DNA from: Armatimonadia bacterium
GTDB taxonomy: Bacteria > Armatimonadota > Zipacnadia > Zipacnadales > UBA11051
DNA: 15,163 bases
NCBI GenBank assembly: GCA_039683575.1
Contig: JBDKRC010000303.1
Span: 1 to 15,163, forward strand
Direction: 5' to 3'
A program made the position numbers and the translations under genes. The notes beneath the pieces are model-generated. The model had not been told where the DNA came from. It searched no databases and was given only the letters and a program-made list of their open reading frames with translations. Numbering within the stretch: the stretch's first letter is position 1; every line of letters begins with the position of its first letter. Shown piece after piece: positions 1 to 7,910 of this stretch.

Positions 1-42
1 ACTGATTCCGCCCCCGCCCTATAGGATAGGTGACTCCCACAC

Positions 43-1464
43 ATGCCTCTATCATCACAATGGCGTCTTGAACACGATCTCCTTGGCGACCGCCAGGTCC
101 CCGCTGGGGTGCTGCATGGCATCCATACCGAGCGCGCGCTGGAGAATTTCCCCCTCACCGGCCGGCGCGTCAACCCCGCGCTGATTCATGCCTATGGCGC
201 CGTCAAGCTCGCCTGCGCCCGCACTAATGCCGAACTGGGCTACCTTGATGACGAAGTAGCTGCCGCGCTCTCCTCAGCGGCCAGCGAAATGATGGAGGGC
301 CTACTCGACGAGCACATCGTCGTAGACGCCCTGCAGGGCGGCGCCGGCACCTCGACCAATATGAACGTCAACGAGGTGCTTGCCAACCGCTCCCTGCAAA
401 TCCTCGGCCAACCGCTGGGGTCCTATGATACCGTCTCGCCCCTCGACCACGTCAATCTCCATCAATCCACCAACGATACCTACCCGACCGCGCTGAAGGT
501 GGCCGCGATCAGGCTCTTGCGGGAGCTTGAGCGCGAGGTCATCCAGCTTCTGGAGGAGTTCCAGCGCAAGGAGCGGGCCACCGCTCACATCGTCAAGGTC
601 GGCCGCACCCAGCTTCAGGACGCCGTGCTGACCACCGTAGGCCGCGAGATGTCCGCCTACGCCGAGGCCTTCGGGCGCGACCGCTGGCGCATCTACAAGT
701 GCGAGGAGCGTCTGCGGGTGGTCAATCTCGGCGGCACTGCCATCGGCACGGGCCTCGGGGCGCCGCGCCAGTTCATCTTCCGCGCCATCGAGCACCTGCG
801 GGACCTCACCAACCTCGGCCTCGCCCGCGCCGAAAACCTCGTCGACGGCACCCAGAACACCGACGTCTTCGTCGAGGTCAGCGGCATCTTCAAGGCCTGC
901 GCGAGCAACCTGCTCAAGATCGCCAGCGACCTGCGGCTGCTCTCCAGCGGCCCCGACGCGGGGTTTGGCGATATCAAACTCCCCGCGCGCCAGGCCGGCT
1001 CCTCGATCATGCCCGGCAAGGTCAACCCGGTCATCCCCGAGGCGGTCAGCCAGGCCGCGATGCAGGTCATGAGCAACGACCAGACCATCGCGATAGCGTG
1101 CAGCCTCGGCAACCTCGAACTCAACGCCTTCATGCCCCTGATCGCCGACGCGCTGCTGGGCAGTCTCGACCTGCTCCGCAACGCCTGCAGCATCTTCACG
1201 CGCTTTTGTGTGGTAGGGATCGAGCCCAACGAGGAGCGCACGCGGCAGCAAGTCCGGGGCGCGACGGCAACAGTGACGGCGCTGGTAGAGCGGCTCGGGT
1301 ACGAGAAGTCCCAGGCAGCCGCAGCGAAGGCGAGCGCGGAGAACCGCCCAGTTCGTGACGTGGTGGTGGAGATGGGGCTGCTGACCGGGGAGGAGTTTGA
1401 TGAGCTAACAAGCCCGGAGGCGGTGACGCGGCTGGGGTCACCGCGAGGAGGGGCCGAGCTTTAG
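43..1464 (+). CDS. aspA: Aspartate ammonia-lyase (fumarase/aspartase superfamily)
   Basis: 473 aa ORF with superfamily signature GSSIMPGKVNPVIPE, plus QGGAGTSTNMNVNEV, HQSTNDTYPTA and KVGRTQLQDAV. AGGTGA SD-like sequence upstream. Confidence 0.88.
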   Translation: MPLSSQWRLEHDLLGDRQVPAGVLHGIHTERALENFPLTGRRVNPALIHAYGAVKLACARTNAELGYLDDEVAAALSSAASEMMEGLLDEHIVVDALQGGAGTSTNMNVNEVLANRSLQILGQPLGSYDTVSPLDHVNLHQSTNDTYPTALKVAAIRLLRELEREVIQLLEEFQRKERATAHIVKVGRTQLQDAVLTTVGREMSAYAEAFGRDRWRIYKCEERLRVVNLGGTAIGTGLGAPRQFIFRAIEHLRDLTNLGLARAENLVDGTQNTDVFVEVSGIFKACASNLLKIASDLRLLSSGPDAGFGDIKLPARQAGSSIMPGKVNPVIPEAVSQAAMQVMSNDQTIAIACSLGNLELNAFMPLIADALLGSLDLLRNACSIFTRFCVVGIEPNEERTRQQVRGATATVTALVERLGYEKSQAAAAKASAENRPVRDVVVEMGLLTGEEFDELTSPEAVTRLGSPRGGAEL

Positions 1465-1478
1465 CCGGCCCAGGGCTG

Positions 1479-2276
1479 TTATCTCTGACCAACCTCCACC
1501 CCCACCAACCTCAACATCTCCTCCACCGGCAGAAACAGCGGCGAATCGTGGTCGCCGCCCTCTACCTCCCAGTACGTGAACCCCGGCTGCTCCCGTAGCG
1601 CCTCCGCCACCAGCCGCACCTTCTCGACCGGCACCAGCGCGTCGCACTCCCCGCTCGCCAGCAGGAAGGGCATGGTCAGCCTGTCTTTGTTGGCGATGAC
1701 GGAGTGCGCCCGGTAGACCTCCGGAAGCTCCTCCGGTGTGCCGCCGTAGGCCGTGATGATCGTCCGCGCGAGGTCCTGCATCACTGGCAGGGGGCTCTGG
1801 CGGGCGAAGTTGAGGCGATCAACCAGGTCGCACGCCCCCAGCGCCACCAGCCCCTGCACCCGCTCCGGATGCCGTACCGCGAAGATCTGGCTGCTCGAGG
1901 CCCCGCCGGAGCCGCTCAGGAAGATGAACCGCGCCTCAGGCACGAACCGCTCCTCTACCACGTCCAGCAGTTCCGCCATGTCCACCACGGTCTTCGGGCA
2001 CATGTACGTCGTCCCGCGCAGGTTCGGCGTCAGCACGTTCAGCCGCTCGCGCAGGAACACCGGCAGGAAGTGGTTGCGGATGTCCTGCCGCGTGAAAAGC
2101 TGGTCGCCGGTTGAGAACGAGCCGTGGATATTGACAATCACGGGCCGGTGCGGGTCGCCCGGCAGGAAAAGCGCCCAGTCCTCATACCCATCCACGCTGC
2201 TGGCGTAGCTGATCCGCATCGTGCCGTCGGGGTACACGGCCCCATCCGCAATGCTCTCGATGTTCAGTATCTTCAT
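1479..2276 (-). CDS. Alpha/beta-hydrolase fold protein (S9 peptidase/esterase-like)
   Basis: 265 aa. Oxyanion segment VIVNIHGS, nucleophile elbow FLSGSGGA, acid in GECDALVP and His in GGDHDSP occur in the canonical order. GGAG SD 7 nt before ATG. Confidence 0.8.
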   Translation of the reverse strand: MKILNIESIADGAVYPDGTMRISYASSVDGYEDWALFLPGDPHRPVIVNIHGSFSTGDQLFTRQDIRNHFLPVFLRERLNVLTPNLRGTTYMCPKTVVDMAELLDVVEERFVPEARFIFLSGSGGASSSQIFAVRHPERVQGLVALGACDLVDRLNFARQSPLPVMQDLARTIITAYGGTPEELPEVYRAHSVIANKDRLTMPFLLASGECDALVPVEKVRLVAEALREQPGFTYWEVEGGDHDSPLFLPVEEMLRLVGVEVGQR

Positions 2277-2308
2277 GTCGAACTCCGGTTACTGGTCTGC
2301 GGGAAGGC

Positions 2309-2333
2309 TTCGCTACCCACAGGGGCAATTCCT
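2309..2333 (-). promoter_or_regulatory. Putative sigma-H-like promoter of the hydrolase
   Basis: Minus strand reads AGGAATT-gcccctgtgggtagc(15 nt)-GAA. Resembles B. subtilis sigma-H AGGAWWT-N14-GAAT, with the spacer one base long. Confidence 0.4.
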
Positions 2334-2363
2334 GGGGGAGCCGGCAGAAGGGCCGGAAGCGGA

Positions 2364-2391
2364 GCAGGAATCATGGCGAGAACGTCCAATA
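2364..2391 (+). promoter_or_regulatory. Putative sigma-H-like promoter of DUF1559 gene 1
   Basis: GC-AGGAATC(2366-2372)-N14-CAAT(2387-2390)A. Aligns without gaps to the motif upstream of DUF1559 gene 2. Confidence 0.5.
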
Positions 2392-2437
2392 GATACGTTA
2401 CCGGGGGGAAAACGACACTATCCGAAGGAGGCCTCCC

Positions 2438-3034
2438 ATGCGACGAGGTTTTACGCTTATTGAGTTGCTCGTGGTCATCGCCATCATCGCCATTCTGGCG
2501 GCGATCCTGTTCCCCGTCTTCGCCAAGGCCCGTGAGAAGGCCCGGCAGTCGAGTTGTCTGAGCAATGTCAAACAGCTCGGCATCGCCCTGCTCTCGTATG
2601 TTCAGGATTACGACGAACGCTTTCCCGGCCGCTATGTGGCCACGGTGTACCCGGATAGCCCCTACGCGGCCTGGAACACCGTGCTGGTCCCATACATCAA
2701 GAACGCTCAGATCTTCGTCTGCCCCAGTTACAGCACCCAGGCGCTGGGCTATGGCTACAACACCGCCACCGTTGCCGCCCCCAGTAACATGGGCACCGGC
2801 GCCTCCCTCGCAGGAATCACGTACCCGGCGAGCATGGTCGCCATCATTGACACCAACCGCGCGCCAACAGCCTATGTCCCCTCCGGCTACGCTACCCTTG
2901 CCGACTACCAGGCATTGTACACCAACCTCCACAACGAAGGCGTGAATGCCGTCCATGTTGATGGCCACGCCAAGTGGTACAGGGTCGAAACGCTGTACAA
3001 TAACAAGGTTAACCAGCCGTACTGGGCGAATTAA
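2438..3034 (+). CDS. Prepilin-type N-terminal cleavage/methylation domain protein, DUF1559 family, with H-X9-DG C-terminal motif
   Basis: [43 protein letters not shown] class III signal peptide; [21 protein letters not shown] is an exact H-X9-DG. Strong SD AAGGAGG. Confidence 0.93.
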   Translation: MRRGFTLIELLVVIAIIAILAAILFPVFAKAREKARQSSCLSNVKQLGIALLSYVQDYDERFPGRYVATVYPDSPYAAWNTVLVPYIKNAQIFVCPSYSTQALGYGYNTATVAAPSNMGTGASLAGITYPASMVAIIDTNRAPTAYVPSGYATLADYQALYTNLHNEGVNAVHVDGHAKWYRVETLYNNKVNQPYWAN

Positions 3035-3060
3035 CCGCTCCCCTGTGTGCAATCACCAAG

Positions 3061-3093
3061 GAGCCGCCGGACCATCCGGCGGCTCTTTCATTT
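3061..3093 (+). terminator. Intrinsic terminator after DUF1559 gene 1
   Basis: Perfect 11-bp stem GAGCCGCCGGA-cca-TCCGGCGGCTC followed by TTTCATTT. Confidence 0.85.
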
Positions 3094-3220
3094 CGACAGC
3101 AGGTTCCATGCCGCTTCCCCGGGAGGAGCAAGACCCACATTTCCATACCTTTGCCACGCGATTGCGGAACGCATTGCCGCCCCCACAGCGTTCTTGCCTT
3201 TGTACACTGCGAAATCGTTG

Positions 3221-3250
3221 TAGACAGGCTGCCCGTCTTCTTGCGACAAT
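3221..3250 (+). promoter_or_regulatory. Putative sigma70 promoter of GT-like gene (near-leaderless)
   Basis: TAGACA-N18-GACAAT with a TGn extended -10. ATG lies 8 nt downstream and there is no SD. Confidence 0.4.
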
Positions 3251-3258
3251 AGCATTTC

Positions 3259-4497
3259 ATGCCCAACACCGACGCACCCCACATACTCCAACTCTTCAGC
3301 TCCGACAGCGGCTTTGCCTTCCAGGACATGCTGGCGCTGACGCGCCACTGCCGCCGACAGGACCGCCCGACCCTCGTGGTTGGGCCCCTTAACCGCGTGC
3401 AGCAAGAGCAGGTGGCGCTGGCCGGTGCCCGCTGGGTCAATCTGGCCCTTCCCGCCTGCCCCGAGCCCCGGCGCCCGGCCCTCTTTGCCAAGCCTCCCGA
3501 ACCCGTCGTGCAGCTTCGACGCCTGATGGCGGACTTCGAGGCAGACCTCGTGCACTGCCACGGCGTGCCGGCGCTGTCCATTGCGGCGCAGGCTCTCCCG
3601 CCGCGCGCCCCTCTCGTCGCCAGCCTCGGGGACCTCAGCGGCCGGCAGCCGACTCGCGCCCTGCGGCAACTCCTGCGCCGTCCCCAGGCCCTCGTCGTCA
3701 CCGCCGAAAGCGAACGTGCGGCCCTACAAGGCATCGACCCGCGTTTCGATGGCTCGGCCTGCCTCATCTACTCCGCCGCCGACCCGCGCGGGATCAGTTC
3801 AGACTTCGACCTCGGACGCAAGCGCCGCTCGCTGGGAGTCCGTTCCGAAACCGCTGTGATCGGGGCACTCAGTCCGGCCGTGCGCGGCCTCGGTCTCGAG
3901 ACCGTCATCGAGGCTGCGGCGACGATCACGCGCGACTTCCCCAATGTGGAGTTTCTGTTCGTGGGTGACGGCGCCGACCAGGAGCGCCTGGCCATGAAAG
4001 CGCATGAACTGGGCATCAGCGGGGCCACGGTCTTCCGCGGAGACCGGGTGGACATTCCGGAGATCATCGCCAGCCTCAACGTCCTGGTCATCCCGCGCGA
4101 GACCCCCGGCGCGATTGCCCACGCCCTGCAGGCTCTCACGTTGCAGATCCCCGTCGTTTCAGTCAGGACCCCGGCTCTGTGCGATGTGCTCGAGCCCGTG
4201 GACCCGCAGGCCTTCGTGCCCTGCGACGACGCTGTAGCGCTCGCCCGGGCCCTCGCTGTCCGCCTGGAGATACTCCCGCCCCCAAATCAGGAGGGGTATG
4301 CCGAGTACGGCCTGAACCTGAACCTCAGGGACATGCTGGTATCCACGGCTGGCTTTGATCTCGATCAGGTGGGTCTGGAGGCACAATGGCGGGGGGATGA
4401 GTCGCAGATGCAGCAAGCGATCACAAAGGCGCAGGCCCGCTACAGTTCAAGGGCCATGGCCGATGCGATCGAGGAGATCTACCAGTCACTGGTCTGA
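3259..4497 (+). CDS. GT-B fold glycosyltransferase family 4-like protein with degenerate catalytic motifs
   Basis: 412 aa. DLVHCHG, FLFVGDGADQERL, VFRGDRVDIPEIIASLNVLVIP and terminal YSSRAMADAIEEIYQSL match the GT4 layout. The EX7E and R/K donor-binding residues are missing. Confidence 0.75.
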   Translation: MPNTDAPHILQLFSSDSGFAFQDMLALTRHCRRQDRPTLVVGPLNRVQQEQVALAGARWVNLALPACPEPRRPALFAKPPEPVVQLRRLMADFEADLVHCHGVPALSIAAQALPPRAPLVASLGDLSGRQPTRALRQLLRRPQALVVTAESERAALQGIDPRFDGSACLIYSAADPRGISSDFDLGRKRRSLGVRSETAVIGALSPAVRGLGLETVIEAAATITRDFPNVEFLFVGDGADQERLAMKAHELGISGATVFRGDRVDIPEIIASLNVLVIPRETPGAIAHALQALTLQIPVVSVRTPALCDVLEPVDPQAFVPCDDAVALARALAVRLEILPPPNQEGYAEYGLNLNLRDMLVSTAGFDLDQVGLEAQWRGDESQMQQAITKAQARYSSRAMADAIEEIYQSLV

Positions 4498-4565
4498 ATC
4501 GGGATGCCCACAGGGGGCACTGACGCCGCCCCCCTTGCTCCCTGCCCGTATCCTCCGCGTCCTGT

Positions 4566-5753
4566 TCAATCCTCCCCTTCCTCCGGCCTCTCCTGACGCT
4601 CCCTTCCGTGCCGACTGGGGGGCTTCGGCCCGAAATACTGGTACAGCCACACCTTCATGGCGCCGTTGTACATCTTCCGCCGGTGCGTCGCCCGCCCCCG
4701 AAACAGCCGCTCAAATTCCTCGTGCGGGGTCAGGATCACAAAGCTCCAGTTGCGCATCTTCGGGAACACTTCCCCCATCTGCCGGTACAGCGTCTCCGCC
4801 GTCTTCAGGTCCCCCAGCCGCTCGCCATAGGGCGGATTGCACACCACATAGCCATACTGATCAGGGTGCCAGAATTGCGCCAGCGGACGCACTTTGAAGT
4901 TGATCTCCCCCTCGGCAAACCCCGCTCGGCTCGCATGATGCCTGGACATCTCAATGGCCTCGGCCGAGATGTCTGAACCGATGATATTCAAGGCCTGCTG
5001 CGGCTTCGCCAGGTCATCCGCCTCTTCCAGCGCCTCCGTCCATGACTTCCGGGGCACAGCAGGCCACTTTAGTGCGTCAAAGCTCCGCATCGTTCCCGGC
5101 GCAATGTTACGCCCCATCAGCGCCGCCTCTATGGGGATCGTCCCGGACCCGCACGTGGGATCAGCCAGGACGAAGTCCGGGTGCCAGTGGCTCAAATAGA
5201 TCATCGCCGCCGCCAGCGTCTCGCGCAGCGGGGCGGGTGCCGATACATCGCGATACCCGCGCCGGTGCAGGCCCTCCCCGGAGGTGTCCAGTGTGAGCGT
5301 CACTTTGTCCTTGAGCAGGGCCACCTGGATGCGGTAGCGCGCTCCGTTCTCCTCAAAACGCTCCCGGCCGTATTTGCGCGCCATCGACTGCACCACGGCC
5401 TTCTTCACCACGCCCTGGCACGCCGGCACTGAGGACAGCTGCGACTTCACCGACTTGCCGTCCACCGGGAACTCCGCGTCCTCGGGCAGCCATTCCGGCC
5501 ACGGCAGCGCTGTCGTCTGGTCGAACAGTTCATCAAACGTCCGCGCCTCAAACTCCCCCACGACCAGCAGCACCCGGTCCGCGCACCGCAGCCACATGTT
5601 GGCCCGGCAGAGGGCGTTCAGGGGCCCGCTGAAGTCCACGCGCCCGCGGTCGACCAGCAGGTCTTCATACCCGATAGCCCGTAGTTCCCGGGCCACGATC
5701 GATTCCAGCCCAAATGCGCATGTAGCGCGCAGTGTTACAGTTGATACAGCCAA
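4566..5753 (-). CDS. rlmL: THUMP-domain class I SAM-dependent rRNA methyltransferase (stand-alone RlmL/YpsC-like, 23S m2G2445)
   Basis: CAFGLESIVAREL, RANMWLRCADRV, DTSGEGLHRRGYR, APLRETLAAA, DPTCGSGTIPIEAA, NPPYGERL. TTG start with AAGGAG SD 8 nt upstream. Confidence 0.85.
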   Translation of the reverse strand: MAVSTVTLRATCAFGLESIVARELRAIGYEDLLVDRGRVDFSGPLNALCRANMWLRCADRVLLVVGEFEARTFDELFDQTTALPWPEWLPEDAEFPVDGKSVKSQLSSVPACQGVVKKAVVQSMARKYGRERFEENGARYRIQVALLKDKVTLTLDTSGEGLHRRGYRDVSAPAPLRETLAAAMIYLSHWHPDFVLADPTCGSGTIPIEAALMGRNIAPGTMRSFDALKWPAVPRKSWTEALEEADDLAKPQQALNIIGSDISAEAIEMSRHHASRAGFAEGEINFKVRPLAQFWHPDQYGYVVCNPPYGERLGDLKTAETLYRQMGEVFPKMRNWSFVILTPHEEFERLFRGRATHRRKMYNGAMKVWLYQYFGPKPPSRHGRERQERPEEGED

Positions 5754-5824
5754 ATCACCAGCTCCTTAGTATGGAGGGGCCGCGCTTGAACCCTACCCAT
5801 TGCGCCTTAGCCCTGCGGCTCAAA

Positions 5825-5854
5825 GCAAGAGCGGCCCCCACGGGCCGCTCTTGC
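5825..5854 (-). terminator. Hairpin terminator after DUF1559 gene 2
   Basis: Perfect 13-bp stem GCAAGAGCGGCCC-ccac-GGGCCGCTCTTGC, 21 nt past the stop. Short TTTG tail on the minus strand. Confidence 0.65.
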
Positions 5855-5875
5855 CGAACTTCGCCAGAAATCGGT

Positions 5876-6610
5876 CTAGCGCCAGGGAGCAGCGCGACGA
5901 ATCTCAGACCACCACGCCATGATCGGCAGTGACTTCACATGGCCGTCGAGATAGCCGCAGTTGACGATGCAGCCACCGCCGAGACCGTGGGAACTCCCGT
6001 AATTCCCCGCCTGACCGCTGCTGCGAACGATGTTGGCAGCGGTGCTGGGCTCGTACCAGGTCAACGCGTCCTGCCAGATGATGATGTCCACCGGCTGGGC
6101 CTTTAGTGAGGCCTCGGGGTAGCCCCCAATGACCGGGAAGGTCCCGTTGCGCTGTGCGATGTTATTGCCGGAGAGATATGAGGTTGAGTCGGCGGAGGCA
6201 ACTGTCGCCGGCGCCAGTGACATCGAGGGGCAGATCCAGACCTGGTCGCTCTTGATGTAGGGGGCCAGCCGCCAGTGCACGAAGCCGTTTTGTACCGCCG
6301 CCGGGGGGCTGATGGTAGCAGAGGCGGTCTTGTTCTGGTTCCAGGCCTTGGAGCAACACGCGGAGGCCGGGTCAGCCACGGACAAGCCGGTGGGCCCCCA
6401 GGCCGTGGTGACAATCGGCAGCACCTGGTCATAGTCCGCCTGGTACTGCAACTGCGCCAGCACGATCTGCTTGAGGTTCGACTGGCATGACGCCTGCCGT
6501 GCCTTCTCACGTGCCCGCGCGAAAACAGGAAATAGAATCGCCGCGAGGATTGCGATGATAGCGATCACGACCAGAAGCTCAATCAGCGTAAAACCAAGCC
6601 GTCTTCGCAC
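5876..6610 (-). CDS. Prepilin-type N-terminal cleavage/methylation domain protein, DUF1559 family
   Basis: [50 protein letters not shown]-terminal H...[10 protein letters not shown]. Start moved from 6619 to the GTG at 6610 because SD AAGGAAG (6619-6625) lies 8 nt upstream of it. Confidence 0.92.
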   Translation of the reverse strand: MRRRLGFTLIELLVVIAIIAILAAILFPVFARAREKARQASCQSNLKQIVLAQLQYQADYDQVLPIVTTAWGPTGLSVADPASACCSKAWNQNKTASATISPPAAVQNGFVHWRLAPYIKSDQVWICPSMSLAPATVASADSTSYLSGNNIAQRNGTFPVIGGYPEASLKAQPVDIIIWQDALTWYEPSTAANIVRSSGQAGNYGSSHGLGGGCIVNCGYLDGHVKSLPIMAWWSEIRRAAPWR

Positions 6611-6654
6611 GCGTATCACTTCCTTTGAGAGGGAACAGGAGTTATTTACGAGAA

Positions 6655-6682
6655 TATTCGACCCTCGTTACCGAATTCCTGC
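6655..6682 (-). promoter_or_regulatory. Sigma-H-like promoter of DUF1559 gene 2
   Basis: Minus strand GC-AGGAATT(6680-6674)-N14-GAAT(6659-6656)A is an exact match to the sigma-H consensus AGGAWWT-N14-GAAT. Confidence 0.6.
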
Positions 6683-6710
6683 ACATTCTCAACAGGGCTT
6701 TGCCAATCCC

Positions 6711-7811
6711 ATGACTTCACGCGAACGTCTCCTCGCCGCCTTCCAACTGCAGCCGGTGGACCGTCTCCCCATTAACATCCGCGGGGTCCGGGCCTGGGAC
6801 CCGGACTGGGTCGAGACGCGCGACCCCAGCTACCGCCCGCTCATCGATGCCGTCACCGAACATGGCGACTACAATGACACCTGGGGCGCACCCGCTGGCC
6901 TCTTCTACTCCGCCGCCGACGTCACCACCACCGAGACGTGGACCGAGGACCGCGATGACTGGATCGCCAACTATACCCTCTACCACACCCCCGGTGGCGA
7001 CCTGCGCAGCATGTATCTCTCCAGCAAAACCGGCATGCCCGGGATGCAGATGGAGTTCATGGTCAAGGACCTCGCCGACCTCGACAAGGTTCTCTCGGTG
7101 CCCTACGAGCCTTCACGCCCAGACTGCGCCCCCTTCTTCGCCCGCGTCGAGGAAATGAGCGAGCGGGGCCTCGTGCACTGCGGCATCCACAACGGCCTGA
7201 CGATGCTTCACAACCTCATGGGCAGCGAGCTTCTCGCCATCTGGAGCCTCACCGACCGACCGCGCCTGATGGAGCTCATCTGGCTCTTCCACCGCCGCTG
7301 CCTGGACCTGGTGGACTACCTCCTCGACCAGGGCGTCGGCCCGGTCTTTGCGATGAGCGGCGAGGAGTACGTCACGCCCCCACTGCACTCGGCACATGAC
7401 TTCCACGAGTTCGTTGTCGAGCCCGAGAAGGAGTTGGCGGAACACCTCCACGCCCGCGGCGGGCTGCTGCACATCCACTGCCACGGCCCGCTGACGCACG
7501 TGCTGGAGGACTTCCTGGAGCTGGGCCCCAACTGCCTGCACCCCCTCGAGGCCCCGCCCATGGGCGACGTCACGCTGGAGGATGCAAAGCGCCGGATCGG
7601 CCATCGCATCTGTCTGGAGGGGAACATCCAAATCGGGGATCTATACGCGGGGAAGACCGAAGACATCATCGCCCAGATCCGCCACAACTACCAGATCACG
7701 GGCAACCGGGGCTACATTCTCTGCCCCACCGCCTCCCCCCACACTCCGACCCTGAGCGACCTGACGGTAAGGAACTACCTGGCCATGATCAAGACCGCGG
7801 CGTCACTCTGA
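6711..7811 (+). CDS. Uroporphyrinogen decarboxylase / methylcobamide methyltransferase (UroD/MtaA) family TIM-barrel protein
   Basis: Starts MTSRERLLAAFQLQPVDRLP, a typical family N-terminus. Also HIHCHG, LHPLEAPPMGDVTLEDAKRRIG, LEGNIQ, GYILCPT. The ORF-track start at 6471 overlaps the opposite-strand gene and is rejected. Confidence 0.8.
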   Translation: MTSRERLLAAFQLQPVDRLPINIRGVRAWDPDWVETRDPSYRPLIDAVTEHGDYNDTWGAPAGLFYSAADVTTTETWTEDRDDWIANYTLYHTPGGDLRSMYLSSKTGMPGMQMEFMVKDLADLDKVLSVPYEPSRPDCAPFFARVEEMSERGLVHCGIHNGLTMLHNLMGSELLAIWSLTDRPRLMELIWLFHRRCLDLVDYLLDQGVGPVFAMSGEEYVTPPLHSAHDFHEFVVEPEKELAEHLHARGGLLHIHCHGPLTHVLEDFLELGPNCLHPLEAPPMGDVTLEDAKRRIGHRICLEGNIQIGDLYAGKTEDIIAQIRHNYQITGNRGYILCPTASPHTPTLSDLTVRNYLAMIKTAASL

Positions 7812-7844
7812 CGCGGCTTGAGGACGAACCACAGACACGCGCGC

Positions 7845-7904
7845 GTAGCCTGTGGGTTCGTCCCGAACCCACAGGCGAAACCGAGCGGACCACGGTCCGC
7901 CCAC
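7845..7904. repeat. Pair of REP-like palindromes between convergent genes (possible bidirectional terminator)
   Basis: GTAG-led 13-bp perfect stem GCCTGTGGGTTCG-tcc-CGAACCCACAGGC (7848-7876), then inverted GTGG-led GCGGACC-ac-GGTCCGC-CCAC (7885-7904). Confidence 0.6.
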
Positions 7905-7910
7905 CGCCTC

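Noticed and set aside
301..1358. Alternative-frame and antisense ORFs over aspA, and similar ones over other genes such as 2273-3052, 7818-8681 and 8829-9590
   Set aside because: They overlap recognisable genes and have no independent SD or family motifs.
3094..3220. Possible ncRNA in the gap before the GT-like gene
   Set aside because: Only tiny hairpins, with no recognisable family motif or terminator.
4512..4535. Terminator between the GT-like gene and rlmL
   Set aside because: Short imperfect stem with a large loop and no U tract.
2438..6610. DGR or invertible shufflon between the two inverted DUF1559 genes
   Set aside because: Similarity is limited to the conserved N-terminal peptide with many synonymous differences. 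There is no adenine-specific TR/VR pair, reverse transcriptase or recombinase.
6471..6710. 80-aa N-terminal extension of the UroD-like ORF
   Set aside because: It overlaps the DUF1559 gene and its promoter on the other strand. The family N-terminus begins at ATG 6711.
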